This document shows positions 24,695-38,629 of a stretch of DNA of 64,000 nt, piece by piece. The notes beneath the pieces are model-generated. The model had not been told where the DNA came from, made no database searches, and saw only the letters and a program-made list of their open reading frames with translations. The position numbers and the translations under genes are program-made. The number at the start of each line of letters is the position of its first letter. Position 1 is the stretch's first letter. This stretch comes from Isurus oxyrinchus (lineage: Eukaryota). The stretch covers positions 98,022,001 to 98,086,000 of the forward strand of contig JANJGN010000021.1 of the NCBI GenBank assembly GCA_026770705.1, given 5' to 3'.

Positions 24695-26499
24695 ATTCTG
24701 TTAGAGGTAACTTTGACTGTCGAAACGACTTTCACACATATCACATCCTTGTCCATCAGCCTTGAGTTATATGGGTTAGGGGTCGCTGGTGCATAGAATA
24801 ATTTACATTAGTTACAGTCATTAGGCAAACATATTATGCAATCATTTATTGCGCAACCGAACCAGAAATAACATGATCTATTGCACATTTCCCAATGGAA
24901 TGTTTAAAGAAAAAAACGAAACGATTATTATTTCTGGAATAAAATAAAATACATTTATTTATTCCTATAAATGCAGTTATTCCTTGAGATCTGTGTTATA
25001 TAATAAACTAATTATAGTAAATATAGTAAGCAGTTCGTGAAAGAGACATGCCATGTTGTCCCACTTTAAGTCGTATGTTTGTTTTGTATTTTTTTTATAT
25101 ATTCTTTCATGGAATGTGAGCGTGACTGGTAAGGGGTACCATTTATTGCCCATTTGCCATTGGACTTGAGAAGTTGTTATCGAGCTGTGACTTGAACACG
25201 TGCAGCGCGTGTCATGTAGCTGGACTTTTAGGAACTGTATATCCACGATATCCTTTATCCATGGTAAATGAATACCACCATAGTTCCAAGCCAGAATGAT
25301 GTGCGATTTGAAATGAACTGGAATTCTCATTCGTCTGCTTCCAGGTACATTCTAGGTACTAGTGGTCATAGTGTTCAAAACTTGATAAGCTGCTGAACTG
25401 TTTCTGAAATGTGGTACAAACTACTGGTACTGTGGATCGGTGTTGGGGGATTGAGTCCTTATGGTTCTCCATTGTGTATCGGCAACGCGGGTTGTTTTCT
25501 TCTGCATAGCGCCAAGCATCATCCCTGTTGTTGGAGGTGCAAAGTCCAGGAAATGGGAAACTATTCCATCACATTTCTGCAGCTACCTTTGCAGATGCAG
25601 GCGGGCACTGGTGATTTAAGAGGCAGGTTACTCGCTGCATAACTGCAACCTCTGACATACCTCCTCTTACAATTTTATTTATTTTATATAGTTTGACTAT
25701 TTTTTTCTGGGCAATGGATCCCCGAATGCTGATCGCGGGAGATTCAGGGATGGTGATGCCATTGAATGTGAGGAGGCGATGGTTAGATTATCTCTTGTTA
25801 GCAATGTTCACTGCCCAGGCGTGAATGTTACTTGTTAGGATGATAAATAATAATTTGTGTTTCATTTCGAATGGTTTCTTCATCAGAACAGAGCACCTGA
25901 CAACCACAAACTGGTCTAAACCAGTCAGCACGCAAAATATTTTGGCATACTTTGATGGAGCTCCAGTCAGTCGCTTGAAGTTGCCGCTCCTAGGATGAAG
26001 CTGCCTATACTTTTTGGGTAAGGTGATTGGAATGCTGTTGGAACAGATGAACCACATGAACAATTCAAGTAACATTCGCCCACTTTTCAGTCTTAAGTTA
26101 GTAACTGTGGCTGTGAATTTCATATAGAGATGTGCCATGCCAAAAACGAAGCAGATGCAATGCTGCATGAGATAGGTGTTAAACGTCAATACCTGTCATT
26201 TCAAAGCGTGAATTAATGCAAATTAGTACCGATAACGTTTTCTTTAATCAATAACTTCATAGCTGATTGTGCCAATGGGAAATTGTCCTTCTTGGTACTG
26301 TTTAACAAATCATTGTTTAGGCTTTATTAGTCCTGGACTAAAAATCACATTTAATTTATGTAACTCTCTGGTCAAAAAAAATCCGATTACCACATCCTGC
26401 GTTGCACCGAATCATCGCATCTGTGCTCATCGATGAGCATGGCATCCTGGTTGAGCAACGCTTTGATATTAACCTTTTCATCCTAGTTTGTAAAAAGAT

Positions 26500-27725
26500 T
26501 CTCGACCTCGCTGTGACTTTAATGTCTCCAGTTCCACCAGGGCCAGTCTGCCCATGGCCTCATTAAAACTTTGGTCCAAGCATCGAAAATTAGCTGAATG
26601 CAAGAGATGAGTTGGGAGTGATTGCCCTTGACATCAAGGCAGAATTTGACCGAATGTGACATCAATGGCCCTAGCAAAAATTTGGTTAACGGGATTTGCA
26701 TTAAATCTCTTCAATTGATGAAGCCAGACCTAGCACAAAGGAACATTTTTGCGGTTGTTGCAGTTCTACCATATCAGCCCCAGTATCTGACAGGAGTTCT
26801 CAACAATTAATGTACATTCAAAGAATCTTCAGCTGCTGTATCAATCACATTCTGTCTATCCTTATGTGAGAAGTGGGGATGTTCGCTCATGATTGCACAA
26901 TGCTCAGTACTGTGTTCAAATCTTTAGATACCAAAGCAGTTCATGCCCATATGCAGCAAGACCTGGCTTGAGCTGATAAGTGGCAGGTAACATCCTCGCC
27001 ATTAAAGTGCAAGGCAATGACCCTCCCCAACAAGACAGAAGCTAACCACCTCCCGTTAAAATTCAATGGCATTAGCGGCGCTGACTCTCCCTCTATCAAT
27101 ATCCTGGGGTTTATATCGATGGGAAACATAACTGGAGCAGCCGTAGAGATGCTATGGCTACAAGAACATCTTAGTGGGTGAGAGTTCTGCGGAGTTCGCC
27201 TCCTGACTCTATAACCAATCGATCATCTATTCGACTCAAATCAGGAGTGTGATATACGACTGTCTGCTGGATGCGTGCAACAAGAAGTTTGGCGTCATCG
27301 AGTGCCAAGCAGCCTAAATATTTGGCACGTTCTCTACCACGTTAAATGTTTACTGTCTCTACCACCATAACAAAATGGCAACTGAGTATGCCATCTGTAA
27401 GATGCACTGCAGCAATTGACCAAGGCTGCTTCGATAGCACCTGCCAAACTCGCGACTTCGAGTGCATGGAAGGACAAGGGCCGCAGCTGCTTAGGATTAC
27501 CACTAGCTGGAACTTCCTTTCCAAGGCACACTTTCTGCCGTGCAACTAAATCACTTCCTTCAGTGTCGCTGCGCCGAAATCCTCATCAAAGCATTGTCAG
27601 TACCTACACCAGACGATTTAGAACATTTCAAGAAGGTGGCTCAACATCACTTTCTCAAGCGCCATTAGGGATGGGCAATAAATGCTGCAATAGCCAGCTG
27701 CGCAAATGCTCATTGAAAAAATAAT
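26500..27725 (+). mobile_element. Decayed LINE RT and 3' end (partner family of the SINE)
   Basis: IALDIKAEFDRM*HQ, GMFAHDCT, DKWQVTSSPLKCKAM remnants; 3' end attagggatgggcaataaatgctg. Confidence 0.8.
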
Positions 27726-28069
27726 GATGAGATCTACGTATCAGTGCGGCTCCATTTCTGGACTCTTGAATATCGTAATTTTCATTGCAGGAAAATTTAT
27801 GGGCTCCCCTTCATCAGTCAGGCCGTAAATTCTCGAAATCTCTATCTAATATGCATCGATACTTTTCCACCCCTTCCTTCCAAAGCCCTCATGTCAAAAG
27901 TTCCATATCCCCAAGCTTTTCGCCCTTAACTACAGTGAGAAGCGAAAACGGGAGCTATACACGACGGCAGAGCAGCACATGAGCACCTTCCATATTTCTT
28001 CATCGGGTCGGAAAATTATGCCAATATCGGAATGAAAGAGGGGGGAAATGCGAAAAATTATTAAGCGAT

Positions 28070-28745
28070 TATTTTTAGAAATCCATGTTGTACTTAAAGT
28101 TAATAGAGAACGAAGAGCATATGATATGCATCCAGGGGCACTGAGGGAAGTAAGGGTGGAAATTACACAGGCATTGGCCATAATTATCCAATCCTGCCCA
28201 TACGGAGGTGTTCGAGAAGCCTGAAAAATTACAGATGTCATACCATTGCTAAAAAGGAGTGTAAGCATAATCACCGAAAATACAATTGTCAGTTTATTTA
28301 ATCGGACAAATATGGATTACTTAAATTAAAACATTCTGGTATTGTTCAGGTGAATCTTTTTTTAAAGCGAGTTGTTTGAGGTTTCTTTATGATATATCAG
28401 ATATATTTTCAGGCGACATTAAAATGTATGTGTTTTACGTCGACTTCCAAAAGGCACCTGAGGAAATGCCACATAAGAGTGTTGTCAGTAAAATTTGAGA
28501 TCACGCACTAAAATTGTCGAAAGCAGCAAGATGACTAATTTTGCTGCGTGATAACAGAGAGGAGTGTTGAACTTTATTTTCATACCGGAGGTAGGTATGC
28601 AATTGGATTCGGTGTTACGAACCCAACGTTTGTCAATATAAAACGCTTGATTGTGTGATGTTGCCAACAGCATTTGAGAGAACACCTGATATTCACGTTC
28701 CCTTCCCAACTGACTGCAATCAGCATGAACAATGTGAATAGCCAA
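28070..28745 (+). mobile_element. Heavily decayed CR1 RT fragment
   Basis: mHPGALREVRVEITQALAIIIQS and YVDFQKAPEEMPHKS-like remnants. Confidence 0.65.
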
Positions 28746-30049
28746 CAACAATATTGTTTGGATTTAAATAACGCAGATTATTATTATCATAATAATAATT
28801 ATCATTATTCTTATTGTTGTTGTTGTTGTTGTTAATATTTGGTATGTCATCCGAAATTTAATAAGACGGAAGTCAGTCACACTCAGGGATAGTACAGTTG
28901 AAAAGAATCGTGTGCCTTTCCAGGTTATAAGTAAAGGAACGTTTCATAATTCACCGGCTTCTCTTGTTCTGGAAAAAAAACATGCAGCGAATCTGGTGGG
29001 AAAAAATCGTCATTAATCCTGCTTTAGAGCAGTGTAACAGCTAAAATCGTTTGCTAGAGTCATTTCAGGAGTCTTTCGAATGGATTCACCCTTTGCAGGT
29101 CACGGGCTTACTTGCTTGAAGTCACTTTCAACCGAGGTCAGTTTACTGTATTGGTACTCCCGAAAAGGAAAATGTCTGGGCACCTTCTCATGTTAGGCCC
29201 TCTAGTTCATTTAATGCATTGGGTTATGTTACCTTATGTTACTGCTGCGTCTGTGTCTTATTTTCAAAGGTCTGCATTTAAAAGGTTGCAAAGCGACAAA
29301 CATGGCGGCCTTACTATGCGAGTCCTCACAGTTGCAGTTGCTTTTTCAAATATCTTGGTAGCCATGGGTTGATTAGACCTATCATGGTATGTTGTTTGAA
29401 TATATGTATCCTTAGGAGAATGGCGTTCTTTCTTTCAAAAGGGTCCACTCAGTTCGTGAAAGTTTCTTGATTGTGTTACGATGTGTATAGTTGAAAGGTT
29501 TTCGTCTCTGGGGTAATTAATTTTATTTCATGTTTGTTTTTCACAATATTATAGTTTATAGCTTTTTTGAACTAAATTCGCATAATTACACATAACTAGT
29601 CAAAGTTGCATTTGGTTAATTCGTGTCAACTCAATACTGGCAGAAAATCATAATGCTTATGAAGCTCAGGATCCCGAATGATTTACTTACTGAGTTATAA
29701 CTTGGCCGTGCCACCTTCAAAGATTTATGAGCATATATTCCAAAATTCTCTGCTCATGCGCTTCATATATAATTGTGTCCTTGAATGTATTTTGGCTGTC
29801 GTCGTTCTTCCTACCAAAATAAAACACCCCACATTGCTTTAAATACATTTTAATCGGTTACTTCTCCACACAATCCACCTGACAGTCTAGGTTATCTTGC
29901 AATGTTTCAGTGGTTTCACCTCAGCTCACATTACTGTCAAATGTTGCGTACTCCACAGATTTTGAAATTCTCTCTTGTACACTAAACTCTCAAAGATTTC
30001 ATAATGTTGAAAAAGAGGCATCTCTAAGCTTTCTGCACTAATCGAGAAA

Positions 30050-30875
30050 TTTGCAAGAATTCCACTATGCGGAGTGGCATTCCAGTGGTATTCGCTACAA
30101 AGAGGATGCTGCCGTCAAGCCAAAAAGACGTTTTCTCTACAACACAAATGAGCAATCTGGTATACGAATTTCAGTGCTAGTGTGATGATAGGCACGTAGG
30201 CCGTACGTCCCAAAACTGGTGGATTTTATCAAGCAGCGTGTTCCAGCACTTATAGATTACAGCCACACAGCCCGTGTTTCCAAAGTTTAAAAAAAAACAG
30301 TTTCCAGATTAGATGTAATTCAGCGATAGGTCAACATTTACGAAATAATTTTCAATGTGCGAATAATTACGCTGAAAACTAATCTAACATTCTCATTCGG
30401 GCATGCAGTGTGGAGCACTTGCTTGTACTGAGAGCTGGATATATTTATAGAGAGGGTCCCGTTCATTGCAGACAGAAATAACATGTACATACATTGCGCC
30501 TGCTCCAACTAAACAAAATATGAGACAGCCATTGGCTGACTCATTCCTCAAGACAATATCTTCAACAATTCGGTCAGGCTGCCTGGTTTAAATTTCAGAT
30601 AATGCTTGGTGGTTAACTGTCGATCACCATCAGTGATAGATAATCTAAGGCAAGGTCCCTTGCTAACCAATCAGCACTCTCTTCAAATACAATGTAAATT
30701 GTTGCCCCTACCGTCTCCGTCCCACACGCCACGAGACCCATCCCCCCGCAAAAACCAAACACACCCCACCCCCTGCATTGGTATTCCTGTGAGTTTCCTG
30801 TTCAGGGCAATACGAAAAGCTCAGATATGTCTCCTTTTTCAGTAATACACAAGTTATATACTCCAAACGAGTACT
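30050..30875 (+). mobile_element. Decayed Penelope/Poseidon-type PLE (GIY-YIG domain and 3' UTR)
   Basis: FATKRMLPSSQKDVFSTTQMSNLVYEFQC*CDDRHVGRTSQ..FIKQRVP..NSAIGQHLRNNFQCANNY..HLLVLRAGYIYREGPVHCRQK*HVHTLRL; lacks the Neptune Cys linker. Confidence 0.85.
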
Positions 30876-32507
30876 TGCATTACATAAAACCGCTTAACTC
30901 TTCAGCCTGCTTCTTGCCAACTCGTTAATTCTGTGAACATGCTGGGAAATAACTTTCAGACAATAAGTTCAAAGAATAATTGTTTGTCAGAAAGCTGATT
31001 TCTGAACACAAGTAAATCTCACAATCCCATTTACAGAGAACACGGAACATACACGCTGCAGAAGTCAGGGAATTCAGGGCGCACACACTTTGAAGTTCAA
31101 AGATAACATCGAGCTCTTCTTGGCGGGCTAAACGAATTGGCAGCGCTCACACTGCCGCTTTCAGGTGATTCTCTTCTAGTCAAACGATTTATCTGGTAGA
31201 TCTTCGTTAAATTTATGGTTAATGTCTGTTCCCAGGACCAGCCAGTGAGGGAAAATGATTCGTATCGTGTTGAATAAGAAAGGGCAAATTGTCGATTCTA
31301 TACTCTTGGAAAGGTTCAGTGCGTCTCACATTATCATCGAGTAATTCGAGTTACAAAAGAGAAAAGGCCATTCCACCAATCACATTCAAACCGACTCCGG
31401 GCAGAGCTATGCATTTTGTTCCAATCTTCCAGGGGAAATGTGTAGTTCTGCAACTTTGTTCCCTTCAAATGCCAATCCATGGTCTCATTTTTGTTAATAT
31501 CTGCACCCTCTCCAGGACAGCCACATCTTGCCTAAACTGTGGTAATGGGAAGTGGACTGAATATTCAATTTGGGGCATAAATAGTGCTTTATAAAGGTTT
31601 AGTACAACTTTCCTGTATGTTTACTTTATCCAAAGCCTCTCTTTGTACCTGTTCATCCGGCCTGTTTAACCGCTTTGAAAACAAAGTGAAGTTCATGTTT
31701 TCTTTTAATGGCAGTATCTGATTGGCCACGAATTTAAATGTCACTGTTAGAAATCAGAGTTTTTCGAAGTAAACTTATTGGATGCGCTGACGCCAGACAC
31801 TCTTGTCAGTGATTTGTGAATCATATTTATGGTAGTGTTGATGGTAATGCATTGCAGCTACTCTTAAATTTGGTGGCGCTCACTTTCAGGTCCCTCCCTT
31901 GATCTTCGTATGCGATAGATCGCGAATATATATGAAACGCAGTCTAACATCTACTATCATGTTGCTGCTGTGCATCGTGGAAATTGTACAACCTGCAAAC
32001 ATGATGCACCAGCAGGAGAAGAATCACTATGATGGTAGATCGGGATCAAATTAAGCGAGCTAATTTGTCCTGAATTCTGTGGAGATTCCCAGTGCAGTTA
32101 GAAATTGAGTAACTGTAGCAAATGAAAAGCATTGTATTACAATATAAGCACATTTCCTTGGTGGTATTGAAAATTAATCATGCTGTCAAGAGGGGAAGCA
32201 CTCCCCTCAGAATTACAAGCTGCTCACCTGATCGTGTACCTACCTTTACCATGTGACACATCCTGCTAAATGTCTGGACAACAGGATCACCTGGAATGTT
32301 TATTAGAGGGGATTCCATGACAGCCATTCCACTGAATGTGAACGGCAGGTTGGTAAGCTCTCTGCTGTTAGAAATACTCATTGACAGACATGAATTTTAC
32401 TTAACGCTCACCTGAACCACGTAATGTGTCAGCTTACGCCAGGATGAAAGAACATTGACGAAGATGACTGGGCCTAGGACCCTAGAAGGATGGCATAGGG
32501 CTCAGAT

Positions 32508-33399
32508 TGTTAGTGTAAATACCATGTTTTTCTTTCTATTGGACTGTTGTAAAGAATATGTCTTATATTTTTTATTGGACTGCGGATTGAAATTACAATG
32601 GCTGCAGTTTGAAGGACTTGCCTTCTGAAACCGTGTGAGGGATATATAAAATGTTGCTATCCTCCAAAAATGTGTGCCATGAAAGGCAGGATGGTGCCGA
32701 GGAGGAGCCTGGTCTAATGGACAATTACCTGGCAACAAAGTTTTAATTGGCTCCTAACCAAGTGACTTAGGTTTGCATGAGAGCAGCGCAGCACAGTAGC
32801 TCCTATCCTGAGAAGAAGAGGACCTAAAACCTCTCTCTCCTTTGTGTGTGTTGCAGCGATGCTTTTCTCTCCTGATATTTCTATAACCCACTCTCTCTCT
32901 CTTTTTCTGTGACACTGCTGTCAAGATGAAAAGGGGAAAAATCACCATTACAGGCATTCAAAGGCAAATTTCACACTAATGAACGAAGGACTGAAAGTGC
33001 TGGAAGACCACTTCATGTCATTAACAAAGAACGGAAAGGAATTTCAGTGACATTGATGAAAACCAACCCATCAAATCATTTACTCTGGTGCTGTTGAACT
33101 TTTCTTTTACCCCACCCTTAAAATCTATGTTTTTGTGTGCCTTATGTACCTTATGTGTGTATAGGGATTTAAGAGGTACTGAAGTTTAGATTATTGAGTA
33201 GAAATTAGCAATTCATATTTATTCCTTTTTCCATTGGAAATGACATTTTTTTTCAACAAACAGTTATTTAGTTATTAACTTTTCAAACTGGGTTCTGTTA
33301 ACATTAATAAAAAAAAACTTGGAGGGTTGCTCAAACACTTTCACATTTGTCACCGCTTGGGAAGTAGTGGATTGCGCACTATCCATAGTGAGTCGTGAT
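32508..33399 (+). mobile_element. ~0.9 kb non-coding insertion, possibly a solo LTR, interrupting an old LINE
   Basis: Starts tgttag, ends gtcgtgata (decayed TG..CA?), AATAAA at ~33306; minus-strand LINE sequence appears on both sides (32170-32500 and 33400-33600). No TSD found. Confidence 0.35.
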
Positions 33400-34149
33400 A
33401 TTAGCCTCCAACAAGCAACAAGCACCTTGCTTTGTGATAGGTATGAGACAAAACAGTGGATCATTTCCCCAAGTTTCCTTTTGACTTAATGTTTAAAAGG
33501 GTTTAACCATAACGTATTTGTTTCAATGCTATGTTGATGTCAAGGCAAACTCATTTCCTTCCTTTTTCTGGCCAGAGCTGTGATTAACTACTTATGGAAG
33601 CTAATGGCCTTTGACCAATCCCAATTGAGCATCAGAGCGCAAATTATCTCTGCCTGAGTTAATATTGAATTAATTTTGTTGAGCCGCTCTAACTTTTGGT
33701 TGATTACTCAGAGAATTCTTGGCGGTAATTAACTAAATTGAATTTTAACACATTTTCTGGACGGGACAAACAGTAGGATTTTTTAATTTCAGTAAATGTC
33801 AGTTTGCAGCATGGTGTTCATGCTTAGCTAGAACTGTTGGTCATTCTGGAGCTTGAGGAGTAACCAGCATCCATGGTGAAGAGGAGGCAGTTGGGGCCAG
33901 GGAACAAGAAATTGTTGATATGATGTAGGGTGTCAGACGAATCACGGATTTAGGTGGGAAGGGACTGGACAAGGGGAGAGAGAATGGAGTCAAGATAGCG
34001 AGAAATAAGCTCCGTGGGGCAGGAACAGGTTGACATTTCTTCATATCAGCATATGACTTGGGAAAAAGAGTAAGCCATTTGGCCTATCGAACCTGCTCTG
34101 TCATTTGATAACAACAGATATTCATTCCCTAAGACATAAAAATCCGACA

Positions 34150-35625
34150 GCAAATAGATGAAATGTGCCTAATTTTAAAAAACATTTAAAATTGCATTAC
34201 ATCAAATGAAATGGCTTATAAGTTTGCCAAATAACGATAAGCTCGAAGAAGGGAGCAAATTAGAATTCAGCAAAGGCGACGAAGCAAGAAACTGATAAAG
34301 AAATGGACGAGAATGTGAATTCAAGTTGGCGAGAAACGTAAAGCCTGACTAAAAAATATTATTCAGTTATGTTTAAAAGAACATTTCAGCAACTTGGGAA
34401 TCATTACAGGATTAGACAGCTGACTTCGGAATGGAGAAAAGGGTTTCAGTGTAGAAACTTAAAAAAAACTTTTGTCGAAATTCATAGAGGAAGTTACAGA
34501 AAATCTGCCATTGATGCAATGAAACCTAGGGACTTGTTATGAGGAACTGAAAAAAAGTAGTGTTAATAAAGACGTAGTGCTCAAAAAAAATATTGGGATG
34601 AAAGGCTGATAATGTCCTTGAAACAGATGAACCGCATCACAGACTATTGATGGAGGTCGCTATGGGGTTAGCGGATACATTAGTGGATAACTTTCAATTC
34701 TTTATAGATTCTGGAATTGTTCAGGCAGACTGGAAAGTAGCAAATGCAATGCGGCAACGTACAAAGGATCAGAGGGTGAAAACGGAGAATTACAGATTTC
34801 TTGGTTTGAAGTAAGCTCCATCGAAAAATGTTTGAATCATTTATAAAGGATGTGATAACTGGACAGTTCGAACATAACGATATAATTGGGCTGAAACAAC
34901 ATGAATTTACGAAAGGGGAATCATGTTTCACAAACCTGCTGGAGGTGTTTGAGCATTTTACCTCTAGCATGAATAAAGGATAAGCAGTGGGTGTGATGAA
35001 TGTGGATTTTCATAAGGCTTTTTATAGTTACCCAGGCAGAAGGTTCACAAACAAAATTAGAGGACATAGGATAGAGGGTAACGTACTCTAATGAAATGAG
35101 AATTCGTTAAAAGACAGAATACAGAGAGTAGGGATGAAGGGGTCATTTTCAGCATCTCAAATTCTTACTAGTGAGGCACCAGAACCATCAGTGCTGGGGC
35201 TACAGCTGTAAACAATCTCTCAAATGTAATGCTTCAATAGTCGCTGATGAAACATCCAGATTGTGCAATCAACTCTCCTTTCCCATATACACTCTCTACT
35301 CTATCTAATTCAGCCTTAAACGGAATATATATTCATTGGCCCTTGTGCTCTGGAAAAGCGAATTCCACAGGCTAAAGATGCGCTGAGGAGGAAATATCGG
35401 CTTAAATGTTAGAACACAGAGCATTATACAATTTTGGAATTCTCGATCCTGGAGGGCTATGGACGTTCTGCCATTAGCATTAGAAGCTGATATCAATAAA
35501 TCTTGGCACATTAAGGAAAGCATGGGATAGAAGGGAAGGGCAGTCGTGCTGGGGTGATGTACATTTTCACCCATCATCTTATTGAATGGTACATTTGGTC
35601 TGACTAAACATATAACTCATGTCTT
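34150..35625 (+). mobile_element. Decayed CR1 LINE RT region
   Basis: DSGIVQADWKVANA, QHEFTKGESCFTNLLEVFE, VDFHKAFY, APEPSVLGLQL remnants. Confidence 0.85.
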
Positions 35626-36823
35626 CTCTATTCTCTTAGATACTTACATTTGTATATAATCAGGTTGGCTAGCTAAACGCAGAAGGTTCACACCTTTTCC
35701 GGCATGAAATGTTATCATTCGTCCAGTCCAGGCAGAGAAAACATTGACAGCATAAGTGAAACTCGCAGGGAGGGAGAAGTTGAACGCAGCGAAATTGGGG
35801 ATGATGTGCAAACGCAGACTTGACATGGGAGATGCATTCATCAGCTTATGTCTGTACAATCATTGGCTGAGAGGGCCACGACAAAGCCCATGTCTTTCCT
35901 TTATATGTTGATATGTGAAATTCCAATGTTAAATTATGACAAATGTTCTTACTGAAAAAAAAATGAAATCATAAACAACACACGACGAATACGGACCTGG
36001 AGTAAACGCTTTAATGATCGAATGACACATGTAAGCTTTATCAACTGTAAAGTCATATTGATACTGAACTAAATCGATTCATTAATTATTTCTACAAGGA
36101 ATTGTGTGTATTTTATGGTATTCACGCATCTGGTTGTGTTGATAATCTTTTCAATAATTAATTAATAAACTCTGTTATTTAAAATCCCTGGGGTACGCCA
36201 TTTGAAGTGCACTGGAACAGACAGCAGCAGCTGCAAGAAAATATATTTCTACTCTGTATGAAATTTGTCGCAAACACTTTCAAGGGAGTTATGCAATATA
36301 GTATGACCCCAAAATATATACGGAGATGTTAACGCAGGTGCTCAATAATTGGTGGAAGCGGTAGGAATTAAGTAAGATCTAGAGGAAAATACGAAAGACA
36401 CTTGCTAGAGAAAAAGTGACCAGCGAACTACAGGCGTAACAAAAACAGGTCAAGAATTAAAATCAGGAAAACTGAACCGACTTGAATTAGAGAAGGGTAA
36501 GTATCTTGCGGGGTAATGGGCGAGGAGGAGATTATTGAGTTGCATAGGACAATGAGGGGAGTGAAAACATAGGTGACAATTTTAAAAACGAGACGTTACT
36601 TAGTCGGAAGGCAATATAAACACGGGGACATAGGGTTGATGAATAAATTGGGCACGGTGCCAGTTAGGACACGGGCAATGAAGTCTTCGGTGAACTGAGG
36701 AGGGTAAGCATGAAATATTTTCCGGTATGATTTGGAATGTTGAAAGTATTCGAAATCACTGTGCGATTTAATTGCGAAGTATGTAGCACTTACTTTGATT
36801 CGTCGTAGTTATATGCTAATCAC

Positions 36824-36967
36824 TTGTAACTCTTTCCAGTACAAACCCATTTCCATCTGTTTCAGATGAAGTTACATAGTTTCATAGTTTGCCATTGTGA
36901 GATTTGAACTCTTGATCTTGGGGTTATAAACCCAGTACCATAACCACTTGGCCATTTAGGCCAAGCC
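36824..36967 (-). mobile_element. Short (144 bp) tRNA-derived SINE with 9-bp TSD gctaatcac
   Basis: Minus: A box TGGCCAAGTGG, anticodon-arm-like GGG-TTTATAA-CCC, B box AGTTCAAATC, 3' stem-loop CATCTG-AAA-CAGATG; TSDs at 36815-36823 and 36968-36976. Confidence 0.88.
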
Positions 36968-37712
36968 GCTAATCACGCAATGCACGCCTCTGATACTGCT
37001 TTAAGAGGCAGTTCTCGCCTAACCTCTGAAATTCAGGCCCTTCGACTAGCTTGAGCCAAGGTCGTAATCAGGTCGGGAGCTGATTGTGCGTGGCAGAATC
37101 TGAACGGACGACCAAGAGGCGGAATGAAACTTAATATCTTCTACTCATTAACACAATCTAAGACAGTTCCCAGCATTTGGCGCATGATGGAAAGTAGGAT
37201 CGTCTGGCTGATTTTGCGATCGAATTTGTCATGCATTTTATTTGCAGGGCTAAACTAGGTAATTAAGCATATGTCTGGTAGGATGATAGGGACCACAGAA
37301 GTAGGCCCATGTAAATAATCATCATATGCATCAGTTTCAGCCTTGTTCTTTATTTCACTTAGGGGCTGGTCTCCCGCATCATTTAGCATCATTTGGAGAT
37401 CTTTCCTCCGGTTAATTGTTAAAATTAAAATTTTCACTTCGACTAAGTGTTAATTGTGGCATAGCTACACATATTTGGTCTGATCCGTTAGTTGTGGAAT
37501 CACGTAGCTTTGCCCATAGCATTCTACTCCCGCGTTTATCATGCAAGTAATATCTTGTTGTTGACTTTGTAGGTTGGAACCTCATTTTCTGGTATTCTAA
37601 AGGTTCCTTCTTGCAAGCCCTCCTACGCTCCTATTTAAAGCAAGTTTTGTCAATTCATTTGACATTAATTACTGAGTGACGCATAAGCTGTAAAGTCAAT
37701 TGTGAGACACTC

Positions 37713-38629
37713 CTATGACTGTACATATTTGAATAACTTAATAATTAAGTGAAAAGGGCATTTATTCGTACGTTTTAGCTCTATTCTAAATTTCGTCTGC
37801 GCCACTGCATAAATGAATGTATTTGTGCAGGAACTGAAAAGCTGTACCATATATCCAGAGTGCTGCCTTACGTCAGGAGTGTGGCTGTAGTCATTAACAA
37901 AATGCTGAGCATCGGTAACTTTTACAAATACATAATGTACAGTAGCTATCATCCAAAGCAATATAAAACTCGCCGATATGGTCACAAGTAAAATTATGGA
38001 TTTTCTTCGATTCTGTTCCTCTGGATCATATTTATTTTCGGTCATGTTGCTGCGTCGTAGAGCCTTGCGGATTTTACTCGCCATTACAATGTGTCTGATT
38101 TCCAGAGCGTTAAACAATAAAATCAAAAACAATGGTGCGAATGGAGTTAAAATGCTATCCATCCAGCAATATGTTATCCACGCGTGTACAGTACAGAAAA
38201 TTGGTTTTGAAGTGCAATACCATGATGCACCGTTAACTATTTACCCAGGCATAAATACAAAAAACACAGGTGCGTTCTCTAAAAGGCAGAACACGCATAC
38301 TGTTGAGATAGCAATGGCGGCCATTTGTTCAGTGTAATATTTGACTCTTAGCTTCTGGCAACAAATGGCCAAAAATCGATGAAAGGTGAAAGACACCGTT
38401 AATCAGACAGAACAATCAATAGCTGAAAAACCAAGAATATGTTTCAGTTTGCACACGGTAGTGAAGTTCAAGAAGGAATTTGGGAAATAGATGCCATTAA
38501 GCTTATATAGTATTATATTGAAAATCAGGACCAGTAGATCGGCTACTGCCATGACCATTAAATAACGAGTGATGAAGTTGGAGAGGCCACACTTTCCACG
38601 AGTGAGAATCACTTTCGTCAATAAACTGG
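37713..38629 (-). pseudogene. GPR139/GPR142-like GPCR pseudogene B, exon 2
   Basis: Acceptor ttttttgcag at 38630-38631; SLLTKVILTRGKCGLSNFITRYLMVMAVADLL..DCSV*LTVSFTFHRFLAICCQKL..FSSCTNTFIYAVAQTKFR; in-frame TGA 38403-38405 and TAA 38241-38243; DRF changed to HRF. Confidence 0.92.

Noticed and set aside
25788-26189. 133-aa ORF upstream of GPCR A
   Set aside because: No recognisable motif, non-ATG start, lies between decayed LINE pieces.
36890-36964. tRNA gene
   Set aside because: Acceptor stem pairs poorly; has a non-tRNA tail and flanking TSD, so it is treated as a SINE.
22057-38629. Functional GPR139 ortholog
   Set aside because: Both copies carry in-frame stops and other lesions; orthology cannot be established, so no symbol is given.
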